From an uncultured Chloroflexia bacterium (GTDB lineage Bacteria; Chloroflexota; Limnocylindria; QHBO01), in the NCBI GenBank assembly GCA_963825525.1, contig CAWGTN010000002.1, positions 1,184,001-1,248,000 on the forward strand: a stretch of 64,000 nucleotides of DNA, given 5' to 3'. A program made the translations under genes and the position numbers. This document shows positions 9,712 through 18,379 of this stretch, in pieces; the first letter of the stretch is position 1, and every line of letters begins with the position of its first letter. The notes below the pieces were generated by a model, which worked only from the letters and a program-made list of their open reading frames with translations, had not been told where the DNA came from and ran no database searches.

Positions 9712-10938
9712 CTAGGCCGGCCCGTCAAGCCACTCCCGTGGATGGGTCGAGAGGAAGTCCTCGATCGGGATCCCGCCGGGACCCACGATGAGAGCCCGCG
9801 CTCCCCGGTGCGTGTGGGTGAACGCAACGGTGCCGGGCGTGCCACGCGGATGACCGGTTTTCACCTCGATCGCCATCGGCGCATCGCGTGACCGCATCAG
9901 CTTGCCGGGCCGAACCACCCAGTCGACCTCGTTGTTGCCCTCCCGCCAATAGCCCAGCTCATCCGGATCGGCATGGGCCCACAGGTGCGCACCCACCGCG
10001 GTCTCAACCAGGCGGCCCCACGTCTCGTGATCGGCCTTTGCCCGCGCCATGGTCGTGCGTGCCGTTGCCGTGATGAGCGCGGTGTTGAGCGCCAGCAGCT
10101 TGGGGCTCGACGCGCGGCGCCGAACGGCGGAGCCGGAGTACTTGCCGATCCCGGTCACCATTCCCGCTCCCCCGAGCAGCTCCAGGTAGTGGGCCAGGGT
10201 GACCGTGTTGCCGGCGTCGGTGAGCGTCCCGAGCATCTTCGTGTAGCTCAGGACCTGTCCCGAGTACGAGCACGCGAGACGGAAGAGCTGACGCAGCAGC
10301 GCGGGCTTCTCCACTCGATTGAGGAGCAGGATGTCGCGCGACAGGTTGGTCTCGACGATCGAGTCGAGGATGTACTCCTCCCACCGCTCGTGGCGCCTGA
10401 TGAGCGGCGCGGCGCCCGGGTAGCCGCCATAGAAGAGATAGGTGTCGAGATCCCAGCCGAACGCGTCGCGCATCTCGGCGAAGGTCCAGTGCGTGACCCG
10501 GATGACCTCGAAGCGACCGGCGAGACTGTCGGACAGTCCCTTGCGCACCAGCAGCGGCGCCGATCCCAGCAACATCACGCGCAGCGACGTCCCGGTCGCT
10601 GTGTCCTCGTCCCACAGCTCCTTCACCACGTCGGACCAGTCCCGGATCTTCTGCACCTCGTCGAGGATCAAGAGTCCGCCGGCACGCCCTCCCATTGCTG
10701 CCTGCTGCCGACCGATCTGCCACTGGGTGTAGATCCAGCCGATGTCCTCGGGGTCTGGAGCGTCGGCGGATGCGAAGTGTCCGGGGATGCCGATTGCGTC
10801 CATGACCTGACGGGCCACGGTCGTCTTGCCAACCTGGCGGGGACCCGCCAGGACCTGGATGAACTGCCGCGGCTCGTGGGCGCGTTCGAGGATCTCCTCG
10901 TAGATCGGGCGCCGATAGACCTTCGGAGCTCGACTCAT
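9712..10938 (-). CDS. AAA+ ATPase with DUF4143 (nuclease-like) C-terminal domain
   Basis: Walker A GPRQVGKTT, Walker B LILDEVQ, SLAGR, YGGYPG, C-terminal EVDWV...AIEVKTG. Confidence 0.9.
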   Translation of the reverse strand: MSRAPKVYRRPIYEEILERAHEPRQFIQVLAGPRQVGKTTVARQVMDAIGIPGHFASADAPDPEDIGWIYTQWQIGRQQAAMGGRAGGLLILDEVQKIRDWSDVVKELWDEDTATGTSLRVMLLGSAPLLVRKGLSDSLAGRFEVIRVTHWTFAEMRDAFGWDLDTYLFYGGYPGAAPLIRRHERWEEYILDSIVETNLSRDILLLNRVEKPALLRQLFRLACSYSGQVLSYTKMLGTLTDAGNTVTLAHYLELLGGAGMVTGIGKYSGSAVRRRASSPKLLALNTALITATARTTMARAKADHETWGRLVETAVGAHLWAHADPDELGYWREGNNEVDWVVRPGKLMRSRDAPMAIEVKTGHPRGTPGTVAFTHTHRGARALIVGPGGIPIEDFLSTHPREWLDGPA

Positions 10939-10982
10939 TCGCTCACCATGGTGAGTTGTTTTACTCAGACGTGCGAGTAAGT

Positions 10983-11774
10983 TTACTCACTCAACTCGAG
11001 CCGCGTGCGTTCCAGCGCCTCGCTGGTGGGCTCCGGCGGAAACGGCGACTCGCGGATCAGCTCGTCGATCCCGATCCGTCCGGCCATGGTGTCACGACAC
11101 AGCTCGGCGACCGTGCGCAGGCTGGCGACCTGGCGTTCGGCAAAGGCGCGGTCGAAAGGATCGCCATGACCGGGAACCACGGCTCCATCGACGAGGGCCA
11201 GGAGCCGCTCTCCGGTGTCGGGCCACGAGATGGGATAGCTGTCGCCGAATGCCGGAGCGGGCGCGTTCTCGAGAAGATCGCCCGCGAACAGCACGGCGGC
11301 ATCGGGCACGGTGATGACCACGTCATTGTCCGTGTGTCCGCGTCCCAGGTGGATGAGCTCGACCTGTCGATCCTCGAGGTCGAGGGTCGCGGAATCCTCG
11401 AAGCTGTGCGTCGGCGGGGTCAGCACGACCTCGTCGAACGGTTCGCCGGGATCCTGGCGCATCAGTCGAGCGCGGGCCTCCTCACCGCGCTCGGTGATCA
11501 TTCGAGCACAGCGCGCGTGACCCCAGATCGGCAGCGGCGCGAACCGGGCGTTCCCAAACGCGTGGTCCCAATGACCGTGGGTGTTGACGACCGCGACCAC
11601 CTCTCCGGGAAGCGTGCGCAGATCGTGACGCAGCTCGTCCGCAGCTCGATGATGGGCGCGGGTGTCGATGACGACCAGGCCGCTGTGGCCGCCGATGACA
11701 CCGATCGTCTGGTCGAGCGATTCGTATCGCCGTATCCAGACGCGATCGGCGACCTCGCGCCAGACCGTGCTCAG
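10983..11774 (-). CDS. MBL-fold metallo-hydrolase
   Basis: NTHGHWDHAFGN, GHTDND, FAGDL, VPGHG. Start uncertain (CTG 11774 overlapping the upstream TGA, or 11813). Confidence 0.85.
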   Translation of the reverse strand: MSTVWREVADRVWIRRYESLDQTIGVIGGHSGLVVIDTRAHHRAADELRHDLRTLPGEVVAVVNTHGHWDHAFGNARFAPLPIWGHARCARMITERGEEARARLMRQDPGEPFDEVVLTPPTHSFEDSATLDLEDRQVELIHLGRGHTDNDVVITVPDAAVLFAGDLLENAPAPAFGDSYPISWPDTGERLLALVDGAVVPGHGDPFDRAFAERQVASLRTVAELCRDTMAGRIGIDELIRESPFPPEPTSEALERTRLELSE

Positions 11775-12151
11775 GTCCCTTCGAGCATGTAGTACTCGTG
11801 GAACTCGGCGCAACGACCATCCGGCGAGAAGCGGAGAAGGAAGGCGTTGTGGTACATCCTCTCCGGCGCGTCACCGACGGAGTCGTATCGGCTCCAGCCG
11901 ATGGCGACTGCTCGGTCATCTTCGACCACGTACGGCTCGTAGTGTGCGTCCCATGTTCCGGGCGCATCCGCATCCTCGAGCCAGTTCGCCACGATCGCCT
12001 CGCGGCCGCGAACGGTGTGGTCGCCAGTCTCCCAGGGACGGTAGGCGTAGACCGCGTCGTCGGTGAAGAGCTCCTCGACCGCGGTGCGCTCGTTGGTGCG
12101 CCACGCTTCGACGTAGCGGTCGAGCCATGCCTGCACGTCGGTTCGATTCAT
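11771..12151 (-). CDS. NTF2/SnoaL-like protein
   Basis: WLDRYVEAW, LFTDDAVY, GREAI, FLLRF..DGRCAEFHEY; TAGGAT -10 lies 7 nt upstream. Confidence 0.85.
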   Translation of the reverse strand: MNRTDVQAWLDRYVEAWRTNERTAVEELFTDDAVYAYRPWETGDHTVRGREAIVANWLEDADAPGTWDAHYEPYVVEDDRAVAIGWSRYDSVGDAPERMYHNAFLLRFSPDGRCAEFHEYYMLEGT

Positions 12152-12161
12152 GCGGCCAATC

Positions 12162-13208
12162 CTACGCCGATGCCTCCCGGTGGAAGGCCGCAAGTCGCTC
12201 GCCTTCCTCATCGACGGCCTGCCGCTCATCGGGCGAGAGCGGGCGCAGCTCATCCACGCGGATCTGGTCGACATCCCAGCGCCAGGTGGCCGCCACCTGG
12301 CCATCGACCAGGACGGTCGGGTACGAGGAGGGCATCGTGGTATGGAAGATCATGGGCCGATACGGCTCCGGGATCACCCCCGTCCGGCGCGCGTGGACGA
12401 GCAGCATCGCGTCCCATGTCGGAAGGAAGCGAACGGGCGCCGCGGTGTGTTCGTCAGGCAACGGGGCATCGGGAAGGTCGAGCAGCTGCTTCCCGGCCTC
12501 GTCCCGAAATTCGCGCAGCTCCATCGAGCCGAGGACCGGCTTCAGGGGTGTGAGGGGCATGCCGATGAAGCTCGCGATGTCCTTGACGGCGGCAGGTCCG
12601 AATGCGCCGAGATAGCGGCGTACGAGGTGCTCGAGGCCATCCGCCTCACTGACATCGGCGTGGCCGATGCGGTCGTCCGCCAGGGCATAGAGGTCGGCAC
12701 GGCGACGCTTCCAGGTGCCCGATGGCGGAACGCGGATCAGCTCGGCATCCGTGTCGATGGTCGCGGTGACGGACGGCTCAGCGCCCTCGAGCAGGGCAAG
12801 CAACCCCGCACGCGGGAGGGTGCGGCCGGACAGGGCGCGGCGGACGGTGGCAACGGTGACGTCGCGGTCGGCATCGGTTCCGCGGTGCACTCGGCGCGCC
12901 CACGCTCGCCGCACGCCGCGAAGCCCCGCCACCATCGGGTGGTAGTCGTTGGCGGAGACGGCGTGGATCGTGCCGCGCATCAGGGTGCCCTGCACCACCT
13001 CGCCCCCCTCGTAGGCCGCGGTCAGATCCACGGCGCGAAACTCGGTGAGGCACGACCACAGGCGGAGGTAGGCGTTGGGCGCGTACTGGTTCTGGATGCC
13101 GGCCAGCCGCTCGAGGGCATCCGGAATCGGCAGATCGTGGCGCTCGAGCAGCAGCTGCCGAGCCAGGAGTGCGCGGTTGAGACGACGGGTCGAGAGGTGG
13201 TCGATCAG
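12162..13208 (-). CDS. AlkZ-like (HTH_42) DNA glycosylase, copy 1
   Basis: LNRALLARQLLL, catalytic QxQ (IQNQ), LMRGTIH, RRYLGAFGPA, RFLPTWD, VLVDGQVAATW. Start uncertain. Confidence 0.85.
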   Translation of the reverse strand: MIDHLSTRRLNRALLARQLLLERHDLPIPDALERLAGIQNQYAPNAYLRLWSCLTEFRAVDLTAAYEGGEVVQGTLMRGTIHAVSANDYHPMVAGLRGVRRAWARRVHRGTDADRDVTVATVRRALSGRTLPRAGLLALLEGAEPSVTATIDTDAELIRVPPSGTWKRRRADLYALADDRIGHADVSEADGLEHLVRRYLGAFGPAAVKDIASFIGMPLTPLKPVLGSMELREFRDEAGKQLLDLPDAPLPDEHTAAPVRFLPTWDAMLLVHARRTGVIPEPYRPMIFHTTMPSSYPTVLVDGQVAATWRWDVDQIRVDELRPLSPDERQAVDEEGERLAAFHREASA

Positions 13209-13245
13209 GAGACGTGCCCCGGATTGGCGGACATCGTGGGCGGGA

Positions 13246-14409
13246 CTACTCCCCGCCGGCGAGCTGCCAGGACTTCCCCTCGGTGGCAATCGATGGTGCG
13301 ATCACCATCTCGACTTCGTGCATCTCCCGGATGGTGCGCACCCCGAGGGCGGCCATCGACTGACGGAGCGCTCCGACCAGGTTCTGCGTGCCGTGCGTCG
13401 TCTCCGCGGGGCCGAACAGGATCTGCTCCAGCGGCAGCCGCGTGCCGATCTTGATGCGCGTGCCGCGCGGGAGCGTCGGTGACGGGGCCGCCATCCCCCA
13501 ATTGAATCCTCGTCCTGGGGCCTCGACGGCACCGGCAAACGGTGAGCCAAGCATGACCGCGTCCGCGCCCGAGGCGATGGCCTTGGCCACGTCGCCGCCG
13601 GTCTTCATGCCGCCGTCGGTGACGATCGGAACATAGCGCCCAGTCTCTCGCTCGAATCGGTCGCGAGCGGCCGCAACCTCGAGCGTGGCGCTCACCTGGG
13701 GGACGCCGATGCCGAGCACCTCGCGGGTCGTGCAGGCGGCGCCGGGGCCGACGCCCACGAAGATGCCGGCGGCGCCCTGGTGCATGAGCTGGTAGGCGGC
13801 CTCGCCGCTCACCGTGTTGCCGACGAGGACGGGGATCTTCAGCCCGCCGGTGAGATCCGACAGCGACAGCACCCGCGTGGATGTCGAGATGTGCCGGGCC
13901 GATGACACCTGCGACTGAACGAGGAGCAGGTCGGCACCCGCCTCGGCCGCGATCTCGGCGTGACTCCAGGCCGATGCCGGCGTCGTGGCAACCGCGGCGA
14001 TCCCGCCCTGCGCCTTGACGCGGGTGATGAGCGCCGTGATCAGGTCCTCACGAATCGGCTGCTGATATGCCTCCGCCAGGATATGGGCCGCCGTGCGGCC
14101 ATCCTCGGCGGCAATGACCCTGTCGATGATCGGCGAGGCGTCCTCGTAGCGGGTGTAGAGGCCCTCGAGGTTGATGAATGCGGCGCCGCCGTGACGGCTC
14201 ATGCGGACGGCGAAATCGGCGTCGGCCACGGCGTCCATGGCGGCCGCAAGGAACGGCACCTGGAGGCGGAAGCCGCCGATGTCGACACCCAGGTCCACTT
14301 CGGCCGGATCCGCCGTCACAGCACCCGGGACCAACGCCACTTCCTCGAAGCCATAGGCTCGGCGCAGCCGCGTCCCGCTCGCGTCGCCGATGGCGGCGTG
14401 GTCGATCAA
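13246..14409 (-). CDS. guaB3: GuaB3-family IMP dehydrogenase-related protein
   Basis: RRAYGFEEVALVPG, AAAMDAV, catalytic GVGPGAACTTR, WGMAAPSPTLPRGTRI. TTG 14409 follows GAGGAG. Confidence 0.92.
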   Translation of the reverse strand: MIDHAAIGDASGTRLRRAYGFEEVALVPGAVTADPAEVDLGVDIGGFRLQVPFLAAAMDAVADADFAVRMSRHGGAAFINLEGLYTRYEDASPIIDRVIAAEDGRTAAHILAEAYQQPIREDLITALITRVKAQGGIAAVATTPASAWSHAEIAAEAGADLLLVQSQVSSARHISTSTRVLSLSDLTGGLKIPVLVGNTVSGEAAYQLMHQGAAGIFVGVGPGAACTTREVLGIGVPQVSATLEVAAARDRFERETGRYVPIVTDGGMKTGGDVAKAIASGADAVMLGSPFAGAVEAPGRGFNWGMAAPSPTLPRGTRIKIGTRLPLEQILFGPAETTHGTQNLVGALRQSMAALGVRTIREMHEVEMVIAPSIATEGKSWQLAGGE

Positions 14410-14681
14410 CGCAATCTCCTCGAGATGTGGCAAACCCGCGCGGCATGGCGGCGCGGGCTTCGGTCGGCGCGGTGATTGACGACGGCTCGGATCGGGTGCA
14501 AGAAAAGGGTCGCTGCGGCTTTGGGGCAGTATACCGGCGAGTCTCGCGGGGAATGCCCGCCCGCGACGCCCGTGCTGGCCCGTACCGGCATCCGTGGGTC
14601 GCTGCAGCCGTATCATCCCGGCGATTGCGCGATCAGGTCCCGCGTTTCGGGGCCACGCGCCGAGAGTTCGGAGGGTGCGCG

Positions 14682-15053
14682 ATGCGCTTCTGGATCACAG
14701 CGTCCCGCTCGATTGTCATGGTGATCGGCATCGCTTCGCTGCTTTTGGCGGCCGGGAACCTGCTCACCGGAGGAGGATCGATCACGGATCCGGTGATGCC
14801 GGGTGGGCTCATCCTCGGACTGCTCGCAATCGGAGCTGCAGCGTGGACCACGGCGGAGGGAATCCTTCGTGCGGCCGTCGTATGGCTCGGGGTCGTGAGC
14901 ATTGTCGTGGCGGTCGCAATCATGGTGGCGAACCTCGCGGACATCCAGACCCGCGATCTGATCGTCTACGTGGGTGTTCCGGCCGCGATCGTTCTGGTGT
15001 CCGCTCTCGGAGTTGCGATCGGTCGGGCGCGGTCGGGCGCGCTCGGAGCATGA
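14682..15053 (+). CDS. Hypothetical 4-TM membrane protein
   Basis: GGAGG SD before ATG 14682; four hydrophobic segments. Confidence 0.7.
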   Translation: MRFWITASRSIVMVIGIASLLLAAGNLLTGGGSITDPVMPGGLILGLLAIGAAAWTTAEGILRAAVVWLGVVSIVVAVAIMVANLADIQTRDLIVYVGVPAAIVLVSALGVAIGRARSGALGA

Positions 15054-15086
15054 ACGACCCCCGGAGAAGGCTCTCCGAGGGTCGTT
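15053..15086. terminator. Probable bidirectional terminator hairpin
   Basis: AACGACCC-CCGGAGA...TCTCCG-AGGGTCGTT inverted repeat between convergent genes. Confidence 0.7.
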
Positions 15087-15108
15087 TCGCGTTCAGGGTA
15101 TGACCGAG

Positions 15109-15891
15109 TCAGGCGGTGATGCCTGAGAACGCTCGTCGCCCGAGGTACAGGCCCGCCAGCAACAGCGCGATTCCGGCGAGGATGATCGGTGAGTTCGACG
15201 GGCTGTTCGCCCCCATCGCAGTGTCCGGCACAGAGCCGGTGTCGTCCGCCACGATGACCTGGACGCCGGCGTCGCCGCCATCCATGGCGATGGCGGTGTA
15301 GTTCATGCCGGACTCGAGGGTCGCATCCAGCGTCAGGGCGGCATCAGGCTCGCCCGCAGCACGGATCTCGAGGGCATAGGTGCCCGGATCGACCGTCAAG
15401 TAGTCGGTCCCTTCGGGATACGCGAGCCCCTCCACGAGAACCGGCCCGTCGGTGACGGCCACATCGACCGACGCCGGCGCTGAAGGCGACGCGTGGAACA
15501 CGCGGAGCTTGCTCATGTCACCGTCGGGAGCTCGGTCGTCGGTGAGTACTGTCGCGCTGATCTCGGCGACCGGCCCGATGGCGGCGACGCTGTAGGACGT
15601 CCCGGCCTCCAGCGTGAGGTCGGCGTCGATCACCGGGTCAGTGGAACCGGTGGCGGTCACCTGGACGTTGTGCTCGCCTGCGGGAACGGCGAGATACTCG
15701 CTGACGGCTGTGAACGGGACGTCCGAAAGCACGATGGTGCCATCAAGCCAGACATCAACGTTCGGTGCATCCGGGGACGCATGGATGACGCGCACCATGG
15801 CGTCGTCGGCGGCGGCCACTGGAACGGCCGCAACCAGGATCAGACTGGCGGCCGCGAACGTGGCGGCCAGGCGTGAAATGGGGTTGCGCAT
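15109..15891 (-). CDS. DUF4397 domain secreted protein with C-terminal VPDTA + TM + RR tail
   Basis: Signal peptide, two repeats of RVxHASPxAP-x-VDV, C-terminal VPDTA...hydrophobic...GRR. Confidence 0.88.
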   Translation of the reverse strand: MRNPISRLAATFAAASLILVAAVPVAAADDAMVRVIHASPDAPNVDVWLDGTIVLSDVPFTAVSEYLAVPAGEHNVQVTATGSTDPVIDADLTLEAGTSYSVAAIGPVAEISATVLTDDRAPDGDMSKLRVFHASPSAPASVDVAVTDGPVLVEGLAYPEGTDYLTVDPGTYALEIRAAGEPDAALTLDATLESGMNYTAIAMDGGDAGVQVIVADDTGSVPDTAMGANSPSNSPIILAGIALLLAGLYLGRRAFSGITA

Positions 15892-15913
15892 TGTCGTCAA
15901 AGCCTCTGTGTGT

Positions 15914-15957
15914 ACTGTTTGTACACTGTTTGTACGGCATAGGAGTGCGTTTGTCAA
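15914..15957 (-). promoter_or_regulatory. Promoter (TTGACA -35) with two exact tandem 11-bp repeats GTACAAACAGT
   Basis: ACTGTTTGTAC x2 at 15914-15935 (+ strand); TGTCAA at 15952-15957. Confidence 0.55.
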
Positions 15958-15985
15958 GGCTTTCGGGTCGATTCGGGGGCTAACC

Positions 15986-17401
15986 CTAGACAAAGTGCCT
16001 TCGCGCCGAGTCGTACCGAGCCAACGTCCGCTCGCGAGCCTGCAGGTGGTCCACGACCGGCCGCGGGTAGGCCGAGGCACCGCTGCCGGCACGCCATGGT
16101 TCGTGGATCAGGTCGTCCGGAACTGCCGCCAGCTCGGTCAGCCATCGGCGGACGTAGCTCCCATGGGGGTCGAAGCGCTTGGCCTGCAGGGTCGGATTGA
16201 ACACGCGGAAGTACGGCGCGGCGTCGGTGCCCACGCCGGCGACCCACTGCCAATTGCCGTTGTTCTGCTGCACGTCGGCGTCGAGGAGCAGGTCGCTGAA
16301 CACGCGTTCTCCTCGTCGCCAATCGAGACCCAGGTCCTTAACGAGAAAGCTCGCCGTCACCAACCGAGCCCGATTGTGCATCCACCCGGTTGCGGCCAGC
16401 TGACGCATGCCGGCGTCGACCAGCGGATAGCCGGTCTGGCCCGACCGCCACGCTTCGAGCAGTCGGTCAGCGGTCGTGCCGGTCTCCCATTCGAGGTCGT
16501 CGTACTCGCGACGAAAGCTTTCGACTGCCAGGCGTGGGTTGGCCGCCAGGACGTGCGCGAAGAACTCACGCCACACCAGCTGCCGACGCCACGAGACCGC
16601 GCTGCCCGCGATCTCGGCGCTGCCGACCATGCGTGCCCGATCCTGTGCGGCGATCATCGCGCGCCAGCACGCACGGATGCTGACGGCGCCGACCCGAAGG
16701 TACGGCGAGAGCCGGGAGGTGGCGTCCAGGTCGGGCCGATCATGATCAGAGCGGTACGCGACCAGGTCCGTGCGCACGAACGAGTTGAGACGCTCGACCG
16801 CCGCGCCCTCCCCGGCAACCGGCAAGCCTTCCGCCTCCTCGTCGCCGGGCTCGACGGTGGTGTCCGCCCGCGGCGGCGCCAGGCGGGACACATCGAAGTC
16901 GGCCGGCGCGAGGCGTTCATCACTTGCATCGGAGAGCTCGCGCTCGAGCGCGCGGCGGAACGGCGTGAATACCGAGAAGGCATGCCCCTCGCCCGTGCGC
17001 AGGGCATCGGGCGGCACGATGCGCTGGTCGTTCACGAGCTCGAGGTCGATGGCTTGGGTGACGCGACCGTCGCGCGCCACGGCCACCGGATCCTCGTCGG
17101 CGGCAGCCACGACGCGCTCCGCGCCGACCGAGGCTGCAAATTGCGGAAGCACGACGGACGGCTGACCACGGAGCACCGTGAGCCCCGAGCCTCGTGCACG
17201 GAGTCGCTCATCCAGCGCACGAACGGACAGGTCGAACCACGCCCGCCGTCTCGGGGCATCACGATGGGCCTCGACGAGGGACGGATCCGCCACGAAGACC
17301 GGCCAGGCCATGCCCGTTGCGGTCGCGTGTTCGAGCATGCGGTTGTCACCCAGGCGCAGATCGCGACGGAACCAGGCAATGCTTCGACGGACTTCACTCA
17401 T
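15986..17401 (-). CDS. phrB: Deoxyribodipyrimidine photolyase
   Basis: WFRRDLRLGDN, TSRLSPYL, WREFF, GQTGYPLVDAGMRQL..TGWMHNRAR, NNGNWQW, PYFRVFNP. Confidence 0.95.
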   Translation of the reverse strand: MSEVRRSIAWFRRDLRLGDNRMLEHATATGMAWPVFVADPSLVEAHRDAPRRRAWFDLSVRALDERLRARGSGLTVLRGQPSVVLPQFAASVGAERVVAAADEDPVAVARDGRVTQAIDLELVNDQRIVPPDALRTGEGHAFSVFTPFRRALERELSDASDERLAPADFDVSRLAPPRADTTVEPGDEEAEGLPVAGEGAAVERLNSFVRTDLVAYRSDHDRPDLDATSRLSPYLRVGAVSIRACWRAMIAAQDRARMVGSAEIAGSAVSWRRQLVWREFFAHVLAANPRLAVESFRREYDDLEWETGTTADRLLEAWRSGQTGYPLVDAGMRQLAATGWMHNRARLVTASFLVKDLGLDWRRGERVFSDLLLDADVQQNNGNWQWVAGVGTDAAPYFRVFNPTLQAKRFDPHGSYVRRWLTELAAVPDDLIHEPWRAGSGASAYPRPVVDHLQARERTLARYDSARRHFV

Positions 17402-17449
17402 GCCGAGAACTACGGGTTCTCGGTCTCCCCCGCATGCCCCGCCGGGGTC

Positions 17450-18355
17450 TCAGCCGGCGGCGAGCTCCACGCCGGCGGCGCGCGCGTCGTCCACGAGGCC
17501 GTCGAGAGCAGCGTCGTCCTCCGCTGATGCCTGCAGGAGGCCCATGACGCGACTCACGCCGAGCCCCGCGTAGTCGGCGAGCAACTGCTGCCGGGCCTTG
17601 CCCGACGCCTTCCAGGCTGGATTGCCCCACCAGATGTGGACCGAGATGCTGAGCGAGTCGGGGTCGCGGTCGATCTCCTCACAGCGCGCGCGGATCGTCG
17701 GCAGCGCCCCTTGCACCTCGTCGGGCGACAGGCCGTCGAGATTGAGCTCATCGGCGTAGCGCGCCGCCAGCCGCCAGGTCACATTCGGGCCGTTGCCCCC
17801 AACCATGACCGGCATCCCGGTGGCCTGGATCGGCTTCGGCAGGTTGATGGCATTCGTGACGCGGTGATGGTCACCGTCCCACGTCGCGTGCGCCGTCGGA
17901 TCCGGCTCGAGCATCCGGGTGATGACCTCGAGTGCGTCGTGGAGCATGGCCAGCCGCTCGCGGGTCTCGGGGAAGCCGTAGCCATACGCATTCCACTCGT
18001 CCTTCTTCCAGCCGGCACCGATGCCGAGCTCGAACCGCCCTCCCGAGATGGTGTCGAGCGTCGAAGCCATCTTTGCGGTCAGAGCGGGGTTGCGGAACCC
18101 GTTGCAAATCACGATCTGGCCGAGTCGCACCCGCTCGGTCAAGCACGCCAGCGCCGATAGCGACGCGAAGGACTCGAAGGTCAGCTCGTCGGTCGGCCTC
18201 GGGGTCGTCGTGAAGTGATCGAAGAGCCAGATGGACTCGACGCCGAGCCGCTCCGCCTGTTGGGCCACTTCGGTCGTCCGCCGCCAGGCGCGCGCGGGCT
18301 CCCATCCGTCGTAGTCCCCGGTCCACCCCTGCGGAAGGATCGCGCCAAGCTTCAT
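17450..18355 (-). CDS. LLM-class (F420-dependent) oxidoreductase
   Basis: LPQGW, SIWLFDHF, RNPALTAKMASTLD.ISGGRFELGIGAGW, PKPIQ, VGGNG. Confidence 0.9.
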   Translation of the reverse strand: MKLGAILPQGWTGDYDGWEPARAWRRTTEVAQQAERLGVESIWLFDHFTTTPRPTDELTFESFASLSALACLTERVRLGQIVICNGFRNPALTAKMASTLDTISGGRFELGIGAGWKKDEWNAYGYGFPETRERLAMLHDALEVITRMLEPDPTAHATWDGDHHRVTNAINLPKPIQATGMPVMVGGNGPNVTWRLAARYADELNLDGLSPDEVQGALPTIRARCEEIDRDPDSLSISVHIWWGNPAWKASGKARQQLLADYAGLGVSRVMGLLQASAEDDAALDGLVDDARAAGVELAAG

Positions 18356-18379
18356 ATCGATCTCCTCGGTTCGTCGCCG

